Shown here one piece after another: positions 13,800 to 27,080 of a stretch of DNA of 64,000 bases. The notes under the pieces are model-generated. The model had not been told where the DNA came from, made no database searches, and was given only the letters and a program-made list of their open reading frames with translations. A program made the translations under genes and the position numbers. The stretch is from Mobula hypostoma (taxonomy: Eukaryota), in contig NC_086108.1 of assembly GCF_963921235.1 (NCBI RefSeq), forward strand, positions 95,358,001 to 95,422,000, read 5' to 3'. How positions within the stretch are numbered: the stretch's first letter is position 1; each line of letters starts with the position of its first letter.

Positions 13800-14585
13800 A
13801 TTGAAGATAGATGGAGGGGCAGGTAGTGCTGAGGAAGCAGTGAGTCTGCAGAAGGACATAGACAGAAATTTAAATAATCAGAGATGCAGAGAGACTTGGG
13901 AGTCCTCATACAGGATTCCCTAAAGGTATCTTGCAGGTTGAGTTGGTGGTAAGGAAGGCAAATTTATTTTGAGAGGACTAGAATATAAAAAGCAAGGATG
14001 TAATGCTAAGGCTTTATAAGGAATTGGCCGGACTGCAATGGAGTATTGTGAGCAGTTTGGCCCCTCATCTAAGAAAAGATGTGCTGGCATAGGAAAGAGT
14101 CCAGAGGAGATTCATGAGAATGATTCGGGAATAAAAGAGTGAATGTATGTCGAGTATTTGATGGCTCTGGGCCCGTACTCGATGGAGTTTAGAAATGGGG
14201 GGTGGGGTCTTATTGAGTTCCTATCGAGTTCTGAAAGGCCTAGGTAGAGTGGATGTGGAGTGGATGTTTCCTAAAGTTGGGGGAAGGGTCTAGTACTGAA
14301 GGGCACAGCCTCAGAATAGAGGAACATCCATTTAGAACAGAGATAAGAAGGAATTCCTTTAGCAAGAGAGTGGTGAATATGTGGAATTCATTGCAGCAGA
14401 TGGCTGTGAATGCCAAGTCATTGGATATATTTAAAGTGGAGGTTGATAGGTTCTTGATTAGTCAGGGCCAAAGGTTAGTGAGAGAAGGCAGAAGAATAAA
14501 TCAGCCAAGACGGAATGATGGGGCAGATTCGATGGGCCAAATGCCCTGATTCTGCTCCTATGTGTTATGGTTTTATGGTCTTATG
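13800..14585 (+). mobile_element. CR1 LINE 3' fragment
   Basis: LQKDIDR, GHSLRI, RVVNMWNSL; tatggt-type tail. Confidence 0.75.
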
Positions 14586-14989
14586 AAGTTTTTCACATCC
14601 ATGCACATTTCCCTTTCTGAAAAATGTACTTACCCATGTTGAGTATTATGCATTTCTGGTGCACCCACAATGTTAAGTGGTTTGTCATGGGAGCTGCATC
14701 TAATTATTCTCAATGTGTACAAATTTTTGTCCAATTCTATCAGGTCCACTTTGGATTGTATCTTTCAGTACGTTTAAGTTTATAACATGTGCTTTTAATG
14801 TTAAATGCAGGTTCAAAATCTGACTGTGCTGCAAATAAACATTTCCAGTGTGTGTGTCCTTACAAGGTGTGGTTCAGCAGTTCATTCTGTACAATCAGTA
14901 TCAAGGATGATAGAGTCAAAGGCCATTTCATCAAACTAAAGAAGCTTCAAAACAAAGATTAAGACTTGAAAGTTAAATATCTGAAAGAC

Positions 14990-15320
14990 TTGAGTTGTCA
15001 TATCTAAGTTCACTTCCCACTTCCTGTTTTGCAAATCTCTCAATCCACACACGTGGGCAAGATCTTTCCCATTATCAGCTCTCAGCTCTCAAATTGAAAT
15101 TCCCTTGGAGCGCATTGTGCTTCAAGTGCTCAGTGACTGGCCTGCGACATTTCAATATGCTGGCCAGATCTTGCTCGGCATCATCTCAGTGCAACCTTGC
15201 CACGGCAAAGAAGCAGATAATCACAACATAACAAGCCAAGGATGTTTGGGGAAAAGATTCCAGGTTTTCAGCAGTATCAATTTGGATGCCCATGTTTTAC
15301 CAGATTTAAGTTTTCCCTAA
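14990..15320. promoter_or_regulatory. Candidate enhancer (ETS/GATA/E-box)
   Basis: ACTTCCTG 15019, TTGCAAAT 15029, CACGTG 15050, TTATCA 15072, AGATAA 15215. Confidence 0.35.
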
Positions 15321-15494
15321 TTCCTCATATTTTCTCCCACTTAAAGTAAATTATTTTATAACTTTTATTGGATAAAGTTTGACTAAACTTTTGCTGTTTT
15401 AATCTGTTATTTTTATTGTAATCTAATTCACGTGAGACTACATCCCTAGTTTGTTTGCTGTACTCTTGTGGTTCATTGTTCCAGCCTTCAGCCC

Positions 15495-15765
15495 TGAGAG
15501 CTACCTGTGTGGAACTTACATATCATCTTTGAACACGTGGGTTCTTCCGGGTGCTCTGGTTTCCTCCCACATCCCAAGGACATGCTACCCCATAGGTTAA
15601 ATGGCCTTTGTAAATTACCTCTAGTTGAGTGGTAGGAAAACAATCGGGGAGACAGTAATTGATTGACGTGTGAGAGATTGGTATCATAAATTATAGAGAA
15701 ATAAGTGAACTAATGGGTTTTGAGGGATTGCTCAGAGCTGGCATAGATTGAGGGCCAAATGTCAT
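15495..15765 (+). mobile_element. V-SINE/HE1-like SINE fragment
   Basis: gtgggttcttccgggtgctctggtttcctcccacatcccaag is a V-domain-like core; related copies at ~34790-34975 (-) and ~40380-40575 (+). Confidence 0.6.
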
Positions 15766-15918
15766 AAAGAAATACATCAGCCGTTTTCCTCAAATTTATG
15801 TACGTAGAGTCACATAGGATGGAACAGGCACTTTGTCCCAACTGGTCCCTGCCAACCAAGATTCCCATGTGAGTTACTTCCATTTCCCCACATTCAGCCT
15901 ATATTCCATATTAATATA

Positions 15919-16076
15919 GATCACTTCGTAGAGATCTGTTTTTATTTTGACACAAGAGTCTTTTTCTGTCGATCAGTGTCCAAAAAAAGCCAAATTAAAC
16001 CCACTATGATTCATCGTTATAAAACAATAAAACATGAAAACTTCCAAGGGGGTTGAATACTTTTTATAGGCACTGT
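15919..16076 (+). mobile_element. Tc1/mariner terminal fragment
   Basis: Ends ...ggttgaatactttttataggcactg, a typical Tc1 TIR end. Confidence 0.55.
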
Positions 16077-16446
16077 TTGTGTTGTATGTGACTATATATA
16101 CTGTGTTTCGCACCTTGCGCCCAGGGGAACAGTGTTTTGTTTAGCTGTATACATATGTATGGTTGAATGACAATAAATTAGACCTTGAAATATAAATCTG
16201 TTAGTCACAGGCCTAATAGAAATGATTCGCTTCACAATAAATGCCTTTTATTCTAGAGTATTTTGGCTTCAGCATTTTAACTTAGTTCCTGAAAGGTGGG
16301 GTGTAATCTTTAGTGGCTACTCTTTAAGGAAGATTTGAAGGGCATTGTGATGATGCAGAACAGGGTTACCAAATTGGTTCCAGAGATGAAGATTTCAGCT
16401 CCTCAGTTAAAACCACCAAAGATGGAGTTGTTTTCCATAAAGCAGC

Positions 16447-17099
16447 AAAGATGGCGGCGCAACGCAGCTCACAGCGGCCACTCCGGTGGTGATGTCTGTC
16501 ATTTGTCAAGTAGGGTGCCTGTGCACAATCCTGATTTGATGGAGACGGATGTGAGAGCACGAAGGAACATCTGGTGAAACTTCTGAAATGCCTGCTTCGC
16601 TGCTGCTGCTACTGTGTGGTCCGAAATCTCCGGAGGGGAAGGCCCCGAGTCCTCGGCTTTGCTTGTTGCTCGGCGGCCGGGGCGGGGTCAAAGCGTTCGG
16701 CAGAAGATGGTGCTCGGAGAGGCTGTGTCGGAGGCTCGAAGTTTTCAGAGTCCGCTGCGGTCGGGTGCTTCCAGTGGTGCTGCATCGGCAAGTTTGCGGT
16801 GCTTGGAGGCTCCTGGCGGGGAGAGTTTCTCCCTTCTACCGTCTGCGTGAGATGATGAGGCTATTGGGACTTTGAGACTTTTTTTTACCGTGCCCATGGT
16901 CTGCTCTTTATCAAATTACGTATTGCTTTGCACTGTTGTAACTATATGTTATAATTATGTGGTTTTGTCAGTTTTAGTCTTGGTTTGTCCTGTGTTTCTT
17001 GTGATATCATTCTGGAGGAACATTGTATCATTTTTTAATGCATGCATTTCTAAATGACAATAAACGAGGACTGAGTGTCCTCATAATCTTAAAAAAAAA
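16447..17099 (+). mobile_element. Young CpG-rich non-autonomous retroelement inserted in an old CR1 fragment
   Basis: Starts AAGATGGCGGCG; GC-rich 5' half, AT-rich 3' half; AATAAA, hairpin GAGGAC-TGAGT-GTCCTC and A tail; CR1-like sequence on both flanks. Confidence 0.65.
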
Positions 17100-18044
17100 G
17101 GTGGGGATGTGTTTGAGAAGCTCAAGGGCATGGCGTGTTCTGTTTTAAAAAAAAAGGTTTTCCACTTTGAAGGTAGTTCAAAGACCGGGGGCATAGAATC
17201 AAAATGATAGGCAAAAGAAATGGAGATGTGTGGAAAAAAACTTTAATGCAGAGTGTGGTTGTGATCTGGATCTTGCTGTTTGTAAAAGTAGTGGAAATGG
17301 GTATGGTTTTGCTGTATTATGCCATAACATCCATTTTAAAACAACATATTTGCTTCCCTTTTAAGAATACGGTGTGGGGATTGTGAGCATAGATTGCAAC
17401 ACTTTAAAAAAAAATGACTCCATTTGAGCAGCAGAGTTTGTTTAATCACTAGTATGGGAGTTAAAATCATCAAAATTTACATTGGAGTCAGTTAGCGCCT
17501 CAAAGGGAAATAATCTTTAAAAGGCTACTGAGACAAAATGAGGAAATGGGATATTGAGTTGCTGGAGACTTGGTGAGTCAAATGGTGGATTTCTCTGCCA
17601 TCATTTCTATTCTATTTTCAGTGTGGAGCCCCTTAATAAATTAAACTTGGAAATTCCTCATGGGGTGAGCTGTAGCTCTCTATCATAGTCTCTATGGCCT
17701 CATGCTACCACACACTGTGATATGTGGCATTATTTTTAATATATATTCTTCTGAATACACATTTTAGTTTACAATCACTTTGCATAATATTATCCACTTT
17801 ATGGGCCTGGTAATTTGACTCTTTTTTAATATAATTTTTATTGAGTTTTCAAAATGATTACATAGAATGATTCTATGTAATCATTTTGGTAATTTGACTC
17901 TTGAATTGCAGTCACATTCCTGGGAAATTTACGTAGCAGGCCTTTCCAAGCTAATGTAGCCTTCCTGAGCTATATTACCTAGAATACACAGAATTCAATT
18001 GGAACAACTGCAACCTGACCAATCTTACTTGCTCTGTGGGAGGA

Positions 18045-19295
18045 TCATGTACAGATGCCCTTTTGGAGATGTTGGCTTCTGCTGAAGTTCTGGAAGACTG
18101 GAAGGTGGCTAATGTTGCATTGTGGAAGAATGGTAGCAAGGATTGAGGATTGGCTGACTGACATGAGGCAAAGAATGGGAATAAAGCAGGCCTTTTCTGA
18201 TTGGCTGGTGATTAGGGGTGTTCCCCAGGGGTCAGTGTTGAGCCCATTACTTTTCATTTTATATATCAATGATCTGGATGATGGAATTGATGGCTTTGTG
18301 GCCAATTTTGTGGATGACGAAAAGATAGGTGGAGGAGCAGATAGTGTTGAGGAAGGACATAATCTGCAGAGGGCCTTGAATAAGTTTGAAGACGGGTTAA
18401 AGAAGTGGCAGATGCAATACAGTGTAGGAAAGTGTATGGTAATGCACTCTGGTAGAATGAATAAATGTGTAGGCTGTTTCCTAAATGGGAGAGTATTCAG
18501 AAATCAGAGGTGCAAAAGTACTTGGGAGTTATAATGCAGAGTTCCCTAATTTGCATGATGGGCTGACTTTAATGGTGAGTCAGTACTAAGGAAGGCACAT
18601 TCATTTTGAAAGGATTAGAACATAAGAGCAGGGGTTTATTGTTGAGGCCTTTGTAAAGTGTTTGTCAGACAATATTTGAAGTATTATTGTGAGCCCCTTA
18701 TCTAAGAAAGGGTCTGTTGGCATTGGAAAGGCTGCAGAATGATCCCAGGAATGAAAGGGTTAATGTCTGAGGAACATTTGATGGCTTTGGGCCATTACTC
18801 ATGGAACCATAGTAGGATGAGGGAGTATCTTATTGAAACCAGCTGAATATTGAAAGGCCTGGATAGAGTGGATGTGGAGAGGATATTTCCAGTAGTGGAG
18901 GAATCTGGAACCAGAGAGAATGGCCCCAGAGTCAAAGAATATAGAAAGGACAAGATAGAGTGCACATGTAGAGGATGTTTCTTACAGTGGGGAGTCTCAG
19001 ACCAGAGGGTGCAGCTTCAGAATGCAAGGACACCCCTTTAGAACCGAGGGGAGGAGGAATTGCCTTAGCCAGACACCGGTGAATCTGTGGAATTAATTGC
19101 CACAGATGGCTGTGGGGGCCAAGTCATTAGGTATATTTAAAGCAAAGATTAATAGGTTCATGATTAGTAAGGGTATCAAAGATTACGGGGAGAAGACCTG
19201 GAGAATGGGGTCGAGAGGGCTAATAAATCAACTGTGATGGAATGACGGAGCAGAGGGGCTGACTGGCCTAGTTCTGGTCTTTTATCTTATGGTCT
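18045..19295 (+). mobile_element. CR1 LINE RT/3' fragment
   Basis: GVPQGSVLSPLLFILYINDLD...FVDDEKIGG. Confidence 0.85.
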
Positions 19296-20439
19296 TTCAA
19301 AATTTTGTATTTTCCTTCACTTCTGAGACAGGATTCCCCCACACAAATCCATACCATTTCTGATCAACCCCTGCTTTTCCTATTTCTTGTATATCCTATT
19401 ATATACATATATCCTATTTCTTAGAACGTCTTTCCAATAATTTCCCTACCGCTGACTCACTGGCCTTTTGTTATTCAGCTTATCCCTGCTACCCATCTTA
19501 AATATAAGAATGTTAGCAATCCTCCAGTACTTCACTAACAGCAACAAAGATGCAAAAGTCTTCATGAACACTAGCGCTATTTCTTTCCTTTCCATGGCAA
19601 CCTGAGAGAGATCTCATCTCTCCCAGGGATTTATCAGCCCTTGCTTAACATTTTGCATGGGAGCAGATTTGTTGATTCAGTAAACGGGCCAGAAGACACC
19701 AACCGTTGGTATAAGTTTAATTGTTTATTAACTAAACAAAGTCAAACATTCAAGTTAGACAGGTGCATGGTGCCTTCATCTTGCCATGTTTACCTTTCAC
19801 TATTACTGAAACATGGTAACCCTGATCACTCTTTTAAAGATAGTTGTGGTTATTAGAAATCAATCATCTGACAACATCATTGCAGAAGGTCCTGAAGGCA
19901 ATATCAGACCCAGCCATCTTTAGCTGCTTCTTCAATGACTTTCCTTCCATCTGCAAGTTAGAAGTGGGTCAGGGGAAAGTTCTGTGAAAGATGTACACAA
20001 AGCCTGATTTGCAATACTGACCAGGCACTCTGGATGGGAACTAACAGATTGGGTGGGAAGAAACTGTCATAAGTTAAGATTCATATTGACTAATTGTGCA
20101 ATGAAGTCATGGAGAAGTTGCAAAGGAAATTTGAGAAGTTATCTTTGAAGATGAAATAAAATTTCCTGTATAATCATTAATATCTGAGGATGTCTCGAGG
20201 AGAAAAATGTTAGATTGCTCATAATGTTGCTGGAACGTTGATCTGGTATGGAGGGGAATAGACTTCTAAGAGATGGTTAAGTTCTGACCATTGGATTTTG
20301 TTCATGGGGCATCGCCCAAGTTTTAATATTCTGGTTGACAAAGTAAATAGGCAATAAGGAGGGCCTTTAAGCAGCAAAACAGAGAGGAGTATTCTACAAA
20401 CAAAAAGCCACAAAGAAACAGAACTTGCAATAGATAACA

Positions 20440-20903
20440 CAAGCACGAGGAGATCTGCAGCTGCTGGAAATTCAAGCAACACACATAAAAAATGCTGGTG
20501 AACGCAGCAGGCCAGGCGGCGTCTATAGGAAGAGGTACAGTCAATGTTTCAGGCCGAGACCTTCATCAGGTCTAACTGAAAGAAGAGATAGAAAGAGATT
20601 TGAAAGTGGGAGGGGGAGATCCGAACTGATGGGAGAAGACAGGAGGGGGAGGGGTGGAGCTAAGAGCTGGAAAGTTGATTGGCAAAAGGGATACAAGGCT
20701 GGAGAAGGGAGAGGATCATGGGACGGGAGGCCGAGGGAGAAAGAAGGGGGAGGGGAGCCCAGAGGATTGGCAAGGAGTTATAGTGAGAGGGACAGAGGCA
20801 GAAAAAAGAGAGAGAAAAAAAAATAAATAATAAATAAATAAGTAAGATGGGGTACGAAGGGGAGGTGGGGCATTAACGGAAGTTAGAGAAGTCAGTGTTT
20901 CAT
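20440..20903 (-). mobile_element. Penelope-like element 3' fragment (same family as 9140-9620)
   Basis: High similarity to 9140-9580, including the hammerhead motif. Confidence 0.75.
20538..20574 (-). ncRNA. Degenerate hammerhead motif
   Basis: Reverse complement UAGAC CUGAUGA AGGUCUCGGCCU GAAAC AUU GACUG. Confidence 0.5.
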
Positions 20904-22019
20904 CTGGCATGAAAAGCTAAGTGGAGTTTTCTTTTTTCCTCTACCTTAATATTATTCTATGTAAGATATTTTTTCATTGAAAGTAATATTTTTAATACAT
21001 TAAATCACATTTTTTTCCAACCATTTTTGTGTACCCATGGTTATCAAAGATATTTAGAGACAGGGCCATTGGGCATCCATGGTCTGAGCCTTGAGTTCTG
21101 TTGCCTGAACCAACTTGCCTCTTGTAGGTTTTCCACTCTGTGGGGCAATTATCCGCAGCAGAGTCTCAAGTTTGAGGCCCCAAGGGTTAGCATGGCCAGG
21201 ATAGTTGAATGCAAGATGTTCAGCTGAGACACAGACTGATTCATTATTCTGAAATGATTAAAATTGGTGGTCCTCTAAGAACAGTTCGAGCTGGTTGGGA
21301 GAAATGATGAATGGAGTTTTTGGGCATCTGTGTTCAAAAATATTTGCTAAAACTCATGGTCCATACTCCCTGTAGCAATGAGGTCTTAAATCTTACTCCA
21401 AACAGAATCACAGAAGTGAGGGTCTTGGCAAAAGAGCACAAGAGCTTTACCAAATTCAGAATATTCAGCTGTAGAGAGGGAGTCCTACAATTAGTTAAGG
21501 GAACTAGTATTTTCCAGAAGTTAGCTCTGCTATTGGTGAAGTTACATACTCAAAAATGCAGAGTCTTTGAGATTTTGATCAATGATTTCGTGTGAACTGC
21601 GATCACACCAGTACACTCCCAAGCTCGGTCTAGTTCTTGTTATTCACCACCCATCTTAAAATGCTGCCAAATAACCACTTCCCTTGACCAAAGCCCAAGA
21701 AAGTTGGGTCTTCTACTGCTAACACAAGGAACCAACACTACTGTACTACAAATTTGGGTGCATTTTGAGAAAAAAGCAATAAGACCACACTGGTGAAATA
21801 ATGTTGAGCAAGTTCAACTTTATGTCTCTGGCATTAAAATAGAAGCTGGCAGGAATCTTTCAGTTCACAGATACTAGACTATTGGGAAAGCATTTCAAGT
21901 GTATTATCTCTTAACACCAAGCAAGCATGAATGGTTCATTAAAACTTGGATTACACCGATGTATGTCAGTCCATACCAAGTATCAGTGTGCTGCTGGTAT
22001 TTAAAACAATATTTAAAAA

Positions 22020-23155
22020 TAAACATGAGATTTTGCAGATGCTGGAAATTCAGAGTGACACACACAAAATGCTGGAGGAACAGCAGATCAGGCATCATCT
22101 ATGGAAAGGAATAAACAGTTGACATTTCAGACTGAGGCCCTTCATCAGGACAAGAAGGGGAAAGAAGCCAGAATAAGAAGATGGGGCAGGGGAAGGAGTA
22201 CACGCTAGAGGGGGACAAGTGAAGCCAGGTGTGGGGGAAGATGGATTTTTTAAAATGTAATTTTTGAAGTAGTCCTTACAATGGTTATGGTCTATTGTGC
22301 ACATATGGAAATGTTAGCAGCTGTATATTTGCAAAACCTTTTGGCAAACAATATCCTATTATCTGCAGCAGAAATGACAAAACATTGGGGAATCTTGGAG
22401 CCATTTCTGGTTCCATGGATTGATTTTGATTTGTAATTTTCACTGGGTGATGATCCTCTGGTTGTTTGCCAATGCTTACTGCTACCATAATCTCTGATAG
22501 CCGAGCATCACTGTAGCCTATGGATTCATTTGTGAGGTACTGTATGAACGATGTGGTTACTCGTAGATCTCCATCGAAAATGGTTGCTGAGATGAAACTC
22601 CTAGGATCATTGCTATCTGAAAAGAAACAGCATAATGAAAAATTACAATAAAGAAAGCCATTGTTTTTTTTCTATAGAAGATTTACATTTGTTTATACTG
22701 TTACTTAGGGGTATAGAAGTCTCCAACTTCTGATAATTTTCCCTTTCCTCCTCCCCTCTTTAATTCCCCTCTTATCTCATCTGTTATCCTCACTTACCAA
22801 TCAACTCAATTTCTCCAACTTCCTGTAATTTTTCCCCTCCGCCTTGCCTCCTGTTCATTTTCCCACTTTGGCTTCTTACCTCTTCTCCTTACCTGCCTGT
22901 CATGTCCGCCTGGTGTCCCTCCTCTTTACTTTTCCCACCCGTCTGGTTTCACCTATCACCTTCTAGCTATACGCCTTGGCTTTCCCCCACTATTTTTTAT
23001 TCTGGCTTCCACCCCCTTCCTTTCCAGTCCTGATGAGGAGTGTTGGCTTGAAACACTGACTGTTTACTCATTTCCATAGATGCTGCCAGACCTGAGTTTC
23101 TCCAGCATTCTGTGTCGCTTTGGATTTCCAGCATTTGTGGAATTTCCTGAGTTCT
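22020..23155. mobile_element. Two PLE 3' fragments in inverted orientation (22020-22240 on -, 22720-23155 on +)
   Basis: Shared terminus and degenerate hammerhead motifs at 22116-22152 (-) and 23025-23062 (+). Confidence 0.65.
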
Positions 23156-23618
23156 GTGATGACCACAACTTTAGCCTGCATATAGTGAAACTGCATGTAC
23201 ATCAGTGAGGTCTAGGGTTTTATTCTGTGCTGAGATAGTTGTCCTGCGTGTTTCTGGTTAGAGAGAAAAGTGGTGCAGTGGCTCAATGATACTGCAAGTA
23301 AGCTTCTCGCTATCATTATACCTGTCACAATCCCAGCGTTCTCCCTAGGCCTATGTAAAGCAAGGATGTTGAGATGATAACCTTGCCCAAGTAATGCACA
23401 CTGAGTTGTTTCCTACTGACAATCCCCATCTTTTAGGAAAAGTCCAGAGGACTGTAATTATAGATTAATAGCTCCTATTCACCAGGATTTACTCGTGTCT
23501 GGAGCTTCAGATTCAGCCATAGTGAATCTTTAGTGCTGTGGTGTGAATAGTATTACCTCTGCTAAATTGCTCTTTTTTTGCTCCCTCCTTCCACCACATG
23601 CATAACGGACTGGGGCAG

Positions 23619-23628
23619 TCTCCTTCAG
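23619..23628 (+). CDS. EVI5: Candidate 10-nt alternative microexon of EVI5
   Basis: Branch-like gctaaat, pyrimidine tract, no AG from 23551 to 23616, then cag|TCTCCTTCAG|gtaagt (consensus donor). Confidence 0.45.
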
Positions 23629-24996
23629 GTAAGTAATTGTATATGTCCCCAGTCCATTCTAACTGGTGCAATTCATACCACTTGCATTTGTATGAGTGAA
23701 TCTTCCACTGACAACAATGTAATCATTCTCATTACATGTCCATGGTTTGTATGAAGGTTAGATCAATTTTACATGGCTAACCAGTGAGTGACATTTTGTG
23801 TGAATTTAATCTGTAATTCCTTCCCATATAGTTGGATTTTTTTTTCAAAATATGTTCATGCACAATCAAAATGGTTGTCTTGTGTACTTATCCCTCTTTG
23901 GGATAAAGGGTTTTTTTTAACAACTGGATACTTGACTAATTTACTAATGTAACAAGAATTACTTCTGTGTAGAGTGAAAAGATTAAGAATCTTGGCACGC
24001 TAACATCTTTTGCATGTATTCTCCCTGTTTGGATTTCTGGTTAGATTGTGAGTTTCCTTGCATTGTTGTGTGCTATTGAGAGAGAATAATTGATATGTAA
24101 TAGACATTTTTCCAATTCTAATCAGTTATTCCTTGGAAACTGGGATTTTCAACACTTTCTTAAAATTATTTTTTCGAGCAGTATTAAGATATCCGTGTTT
24201 TCAAAGTTTAGATCATACTTCCAGATCTAACGTTGACTGAGTTTGAGTGAATTTATTGTCAAATTGCTTCCCAAGCAGTATGGTATTTTATTTCCCTCCA
24301 ATCATTTTATAATTGTCTTGCCCTGAACAAAATAATAACATAGCAAGTCCTGCTTGTAGTAACCTTTTATACCAGTTTAGTTGAGAAAAAAGTAAAAAGA
24401 TGTGTATCTGGGCTGTTAGGAGTGGGGAAGGAATGTGAGGGGAATGGGTAAAAGCAGATTTGCAATCATATGGAAAGAGAAAGGACTGGATTCCGGGTGT
24501 TTTAATCCTTTGTCTAAAGAGGTCTGATGAAGCTGTTCCTTCGGAATTGTAATCTATGTATCTGCACTACACAACTTATGGCAAGACATTTGGGTTCTGT
24601 GAGTTTATTTCTTTCAGGCCATTAATGTTTACAGTGATAGACCAATATAATTACATTCATATCTTCATCAGAACAAGGGAAGGGGAGCTGGGTGTTGTTC
24701 TGTTTACCTGTGATTGGTTAGCTGAATTCAAGGCATAGTTTACTTGCAGTTACCTGAAATACTCAAATCATTTGATCAAAGGCTGATTGATTGGTGAGTA
24801 TCCAGACCAGTGGAAGCATGACACAAAAAAAAATGGAAGTTGGTTATTTTGGAGAACTTCTCTGAGGAAAGTGACTGTGACCAGAAATGTTTACTGCAAC
24901 GTAAATTTTAGGTTCATTTCAGGTCTTTCATTATATAAAATAATTTGTAGTTTAAAAATTGTGAAGGTGGTCAATAATAATCTCCTTTTTCAACAG

Positions 24997-25332
24997 GTCA
25001 TGTGCCTAAAAGGGCAGAGGGACTTCTCAGACCGACACACTTTTGATCGGATCCACATTGTGAATCACATCGCTGACGATGACTCATTCCACTCCTCTGA
25101 TGAAGATCTGATTCCAAATACTCTGAGGGTTCGTGGTCTTCGGGGTGTCCCTCACCATTTTCACCACCTCAGCAGAAATGTACAAATGGAAGCTAATGAT
25201 AAGGACAGTGAGGACAGTACAGACAGTGACAGTGAGGATACAGCGCTGCATCCTTGTCACTACAGCCAGATTAGTCAGAATGTCTGCACAAAGGGGCAGG
25301 ACCATACGGAATCTTTCTCCACCACCGTGTGA
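24997..25332 (+). CDS. EVI5: EVI5 (Rab-GAP TBC protein) terminal coding exon, 111 aa + stop; upstream exons lie outside the window
   Basis: Acceptor tctcctttttcaacag|GTC. Translation VMCLKGQRDFSDRHTFDRIHIVNHIADDDSFHSSDEDL...ESFSTTV* matches the recalled vertebrate EVI5 C-terminus (CLKGQR, IHIVNH, SFHSSDED, ES.STTV). It lies upstream of GFI1 in the same orientation, as in other vertebrates. Confidence 0.93.
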   Translation, partial: VMCLKGQRDFSDRHTFDRIHIVNHIADDDSFHSSDEDLIPNTLRVRGLRGVPHHFHHLSRNVQMEANDKDSEDSTDSDSEDTALHPCHYSQISQNVCTKGQDHTESFSTTV

Positions 25333-26790
25333 CCATCACTGTGAATGTGAGGCTTTCTGGTTCATTTCAAAGACCAGATGGGCTCCAGTCATTCAGACTT
25401 GAATGCAGTTTTCAGTCTTGCCTGCTGATTAAACTAAAGGGACTGATATGAGAAATTACATGGGGGTCTACCATTGAAATAGTGGAGACAAAGCACCAGA
25501 TTTCATACTGTATATTTTGTTTTGGAAGGGGGGGGAGGGGTTGCAAGGAGGATGTCGTTTTACCTGTTCTTTTGTCTGCCTTAATCTCTGCCAAAACCTT
25601 TCCCAAATAATTGTTGCCAGATGCTAAAACAAGAGAGGGCTTGTAAAATGGACAGGAAATGAGATATTGACAGTATTATATACAGTATCTTCATTTGTCT
25701 TCTTAAACTTGAAATACACACTTCCTAATTTATTTAGAGAAAAGGGGGGTTTTATTTTCCCTTTGCTTGATACTTCAGTCAATGGAATTGTGAGCTCTTG
25801 GGATAATGGTTGATTATGGAAAAGATGCATCATCTTGTGCAATATTAATTGTATTTTATGCTAAAGAGAACACATTTTGTTTTTTTATAAATGTACCATG
25901 ACAGTCGTACAAATAGATCTTGTGCCTTTAAGGCAAGGCAAGTTTGGCCAGGAGTCTGTTGGTCAGCGATCCTATTTGAGCATTGGAGTACAAAAACAAG
26001 CGATTGGAACATGTTAAGGACACAGATTCACTGTATGGTATATCATGATCTTGCTTAGGGTCCCAGCACAACAATCCATTTCTTCAAAAAATTACTTTTT
26101 TAAGTAAAAAAAAATCAAATGCTGAGATTGCTGTTTATACATTCACCCATTTTCACCCATTTTAGTTTATGCTGAGTTTTCATTTGAAGTGTCTGATACA
26201 AAGTGATGTACCAGTGATATGTGTTCCAGCAATATCTAATTTTACATGCTAATTTGCTATGACAGAGAAATATAGTTGAACCTTAATATAACTATGTTTT
26301 ATTCTTAACTGAGAATGCATAGGATTGCATTTCTGTCATTGTGTAAATCAACCACTTCAGAATTGGAGATTTCAACATAGGCATGGACTGATTACCGAGT
26401 TTATACCATTCGAGGAAATGCAGAAACACTATCAGGAAACTCTGTTATGCAGAAATAAGAAAACCTCCTCAGAAAATATCTTTGTTAAATATATGTTAGC
26501 TCTGCTTGGCAGTTGTTAACACTAGCTTTTTCACTTCACTAATGAGAATGCTTGTATAAACACTATCAGTGCTTCTCTTTTAACTATAAATTATAACAGA
26601 ATTACAATAAACTTTTCACAATTTTAATGGGATCGTACTGTATCTTCTTTATGTGATTTTTCCATTACTGATGTAACGGATTATTAAAACTGAAAAGGGA
26701 ATGCAAATTATAGACATTGTTCCATGTTTTAAAATTGTAAAATTCCTCATGTCCACAAATAAACTGTTGGTATCTTTCACCAGGAAAATT
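25333..26790 (+). other. EVI5: EVI5 3'UTR (putative; 3' end uncertain)
   Basis: AU-rich stretch after the stop with no recognised repeats; AATAAA at 26606-26611 and 26758-26763. Confidence 0.6.
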
Positions 26791-27080
26791 CTTATGTGGC
26801 TAGAGATTAATTTCACAATTACTTTAGGTAAATTGTTTTAATGATTTAATTTATCTTTAAATTTTTTAAAGATTTCTAATCCTTGTTACTAATTTATAAT
26901 CAAATAACTGAACCCATAGTTTGGTGCTAGTGTTCTGTTTTTATCTTGCTGAGAAATGATATATACACTGAAGGAAGTATTTTAGCAGAATCTCGTTGAG
27001 GCATAACAAAGTTTCACCTGAATTTCCAGCAATACATTCTGAATTCAGTGGAAGTGTACATTTTTTTCAGTGGAAGTTTG

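Noticed and set aside
16506..16875. Stack of overlapping ORFs on both strands
   Set aside because: Expected in a GC-rich repeat; no protein similarity evident.
1..23500. Further constitutive EVI5 exons
   Set aside because: No exon encoding the expected preceding coiled-coil sequence was seen; the region appears to be last intron, although a small exon could have been missed.
24787..24996. N-terminal extension of the 181-aa ORF
   Set aside because: Intronic read-through upstream of the EVI5 acceptor; only 24997 onward resembles EVI5.
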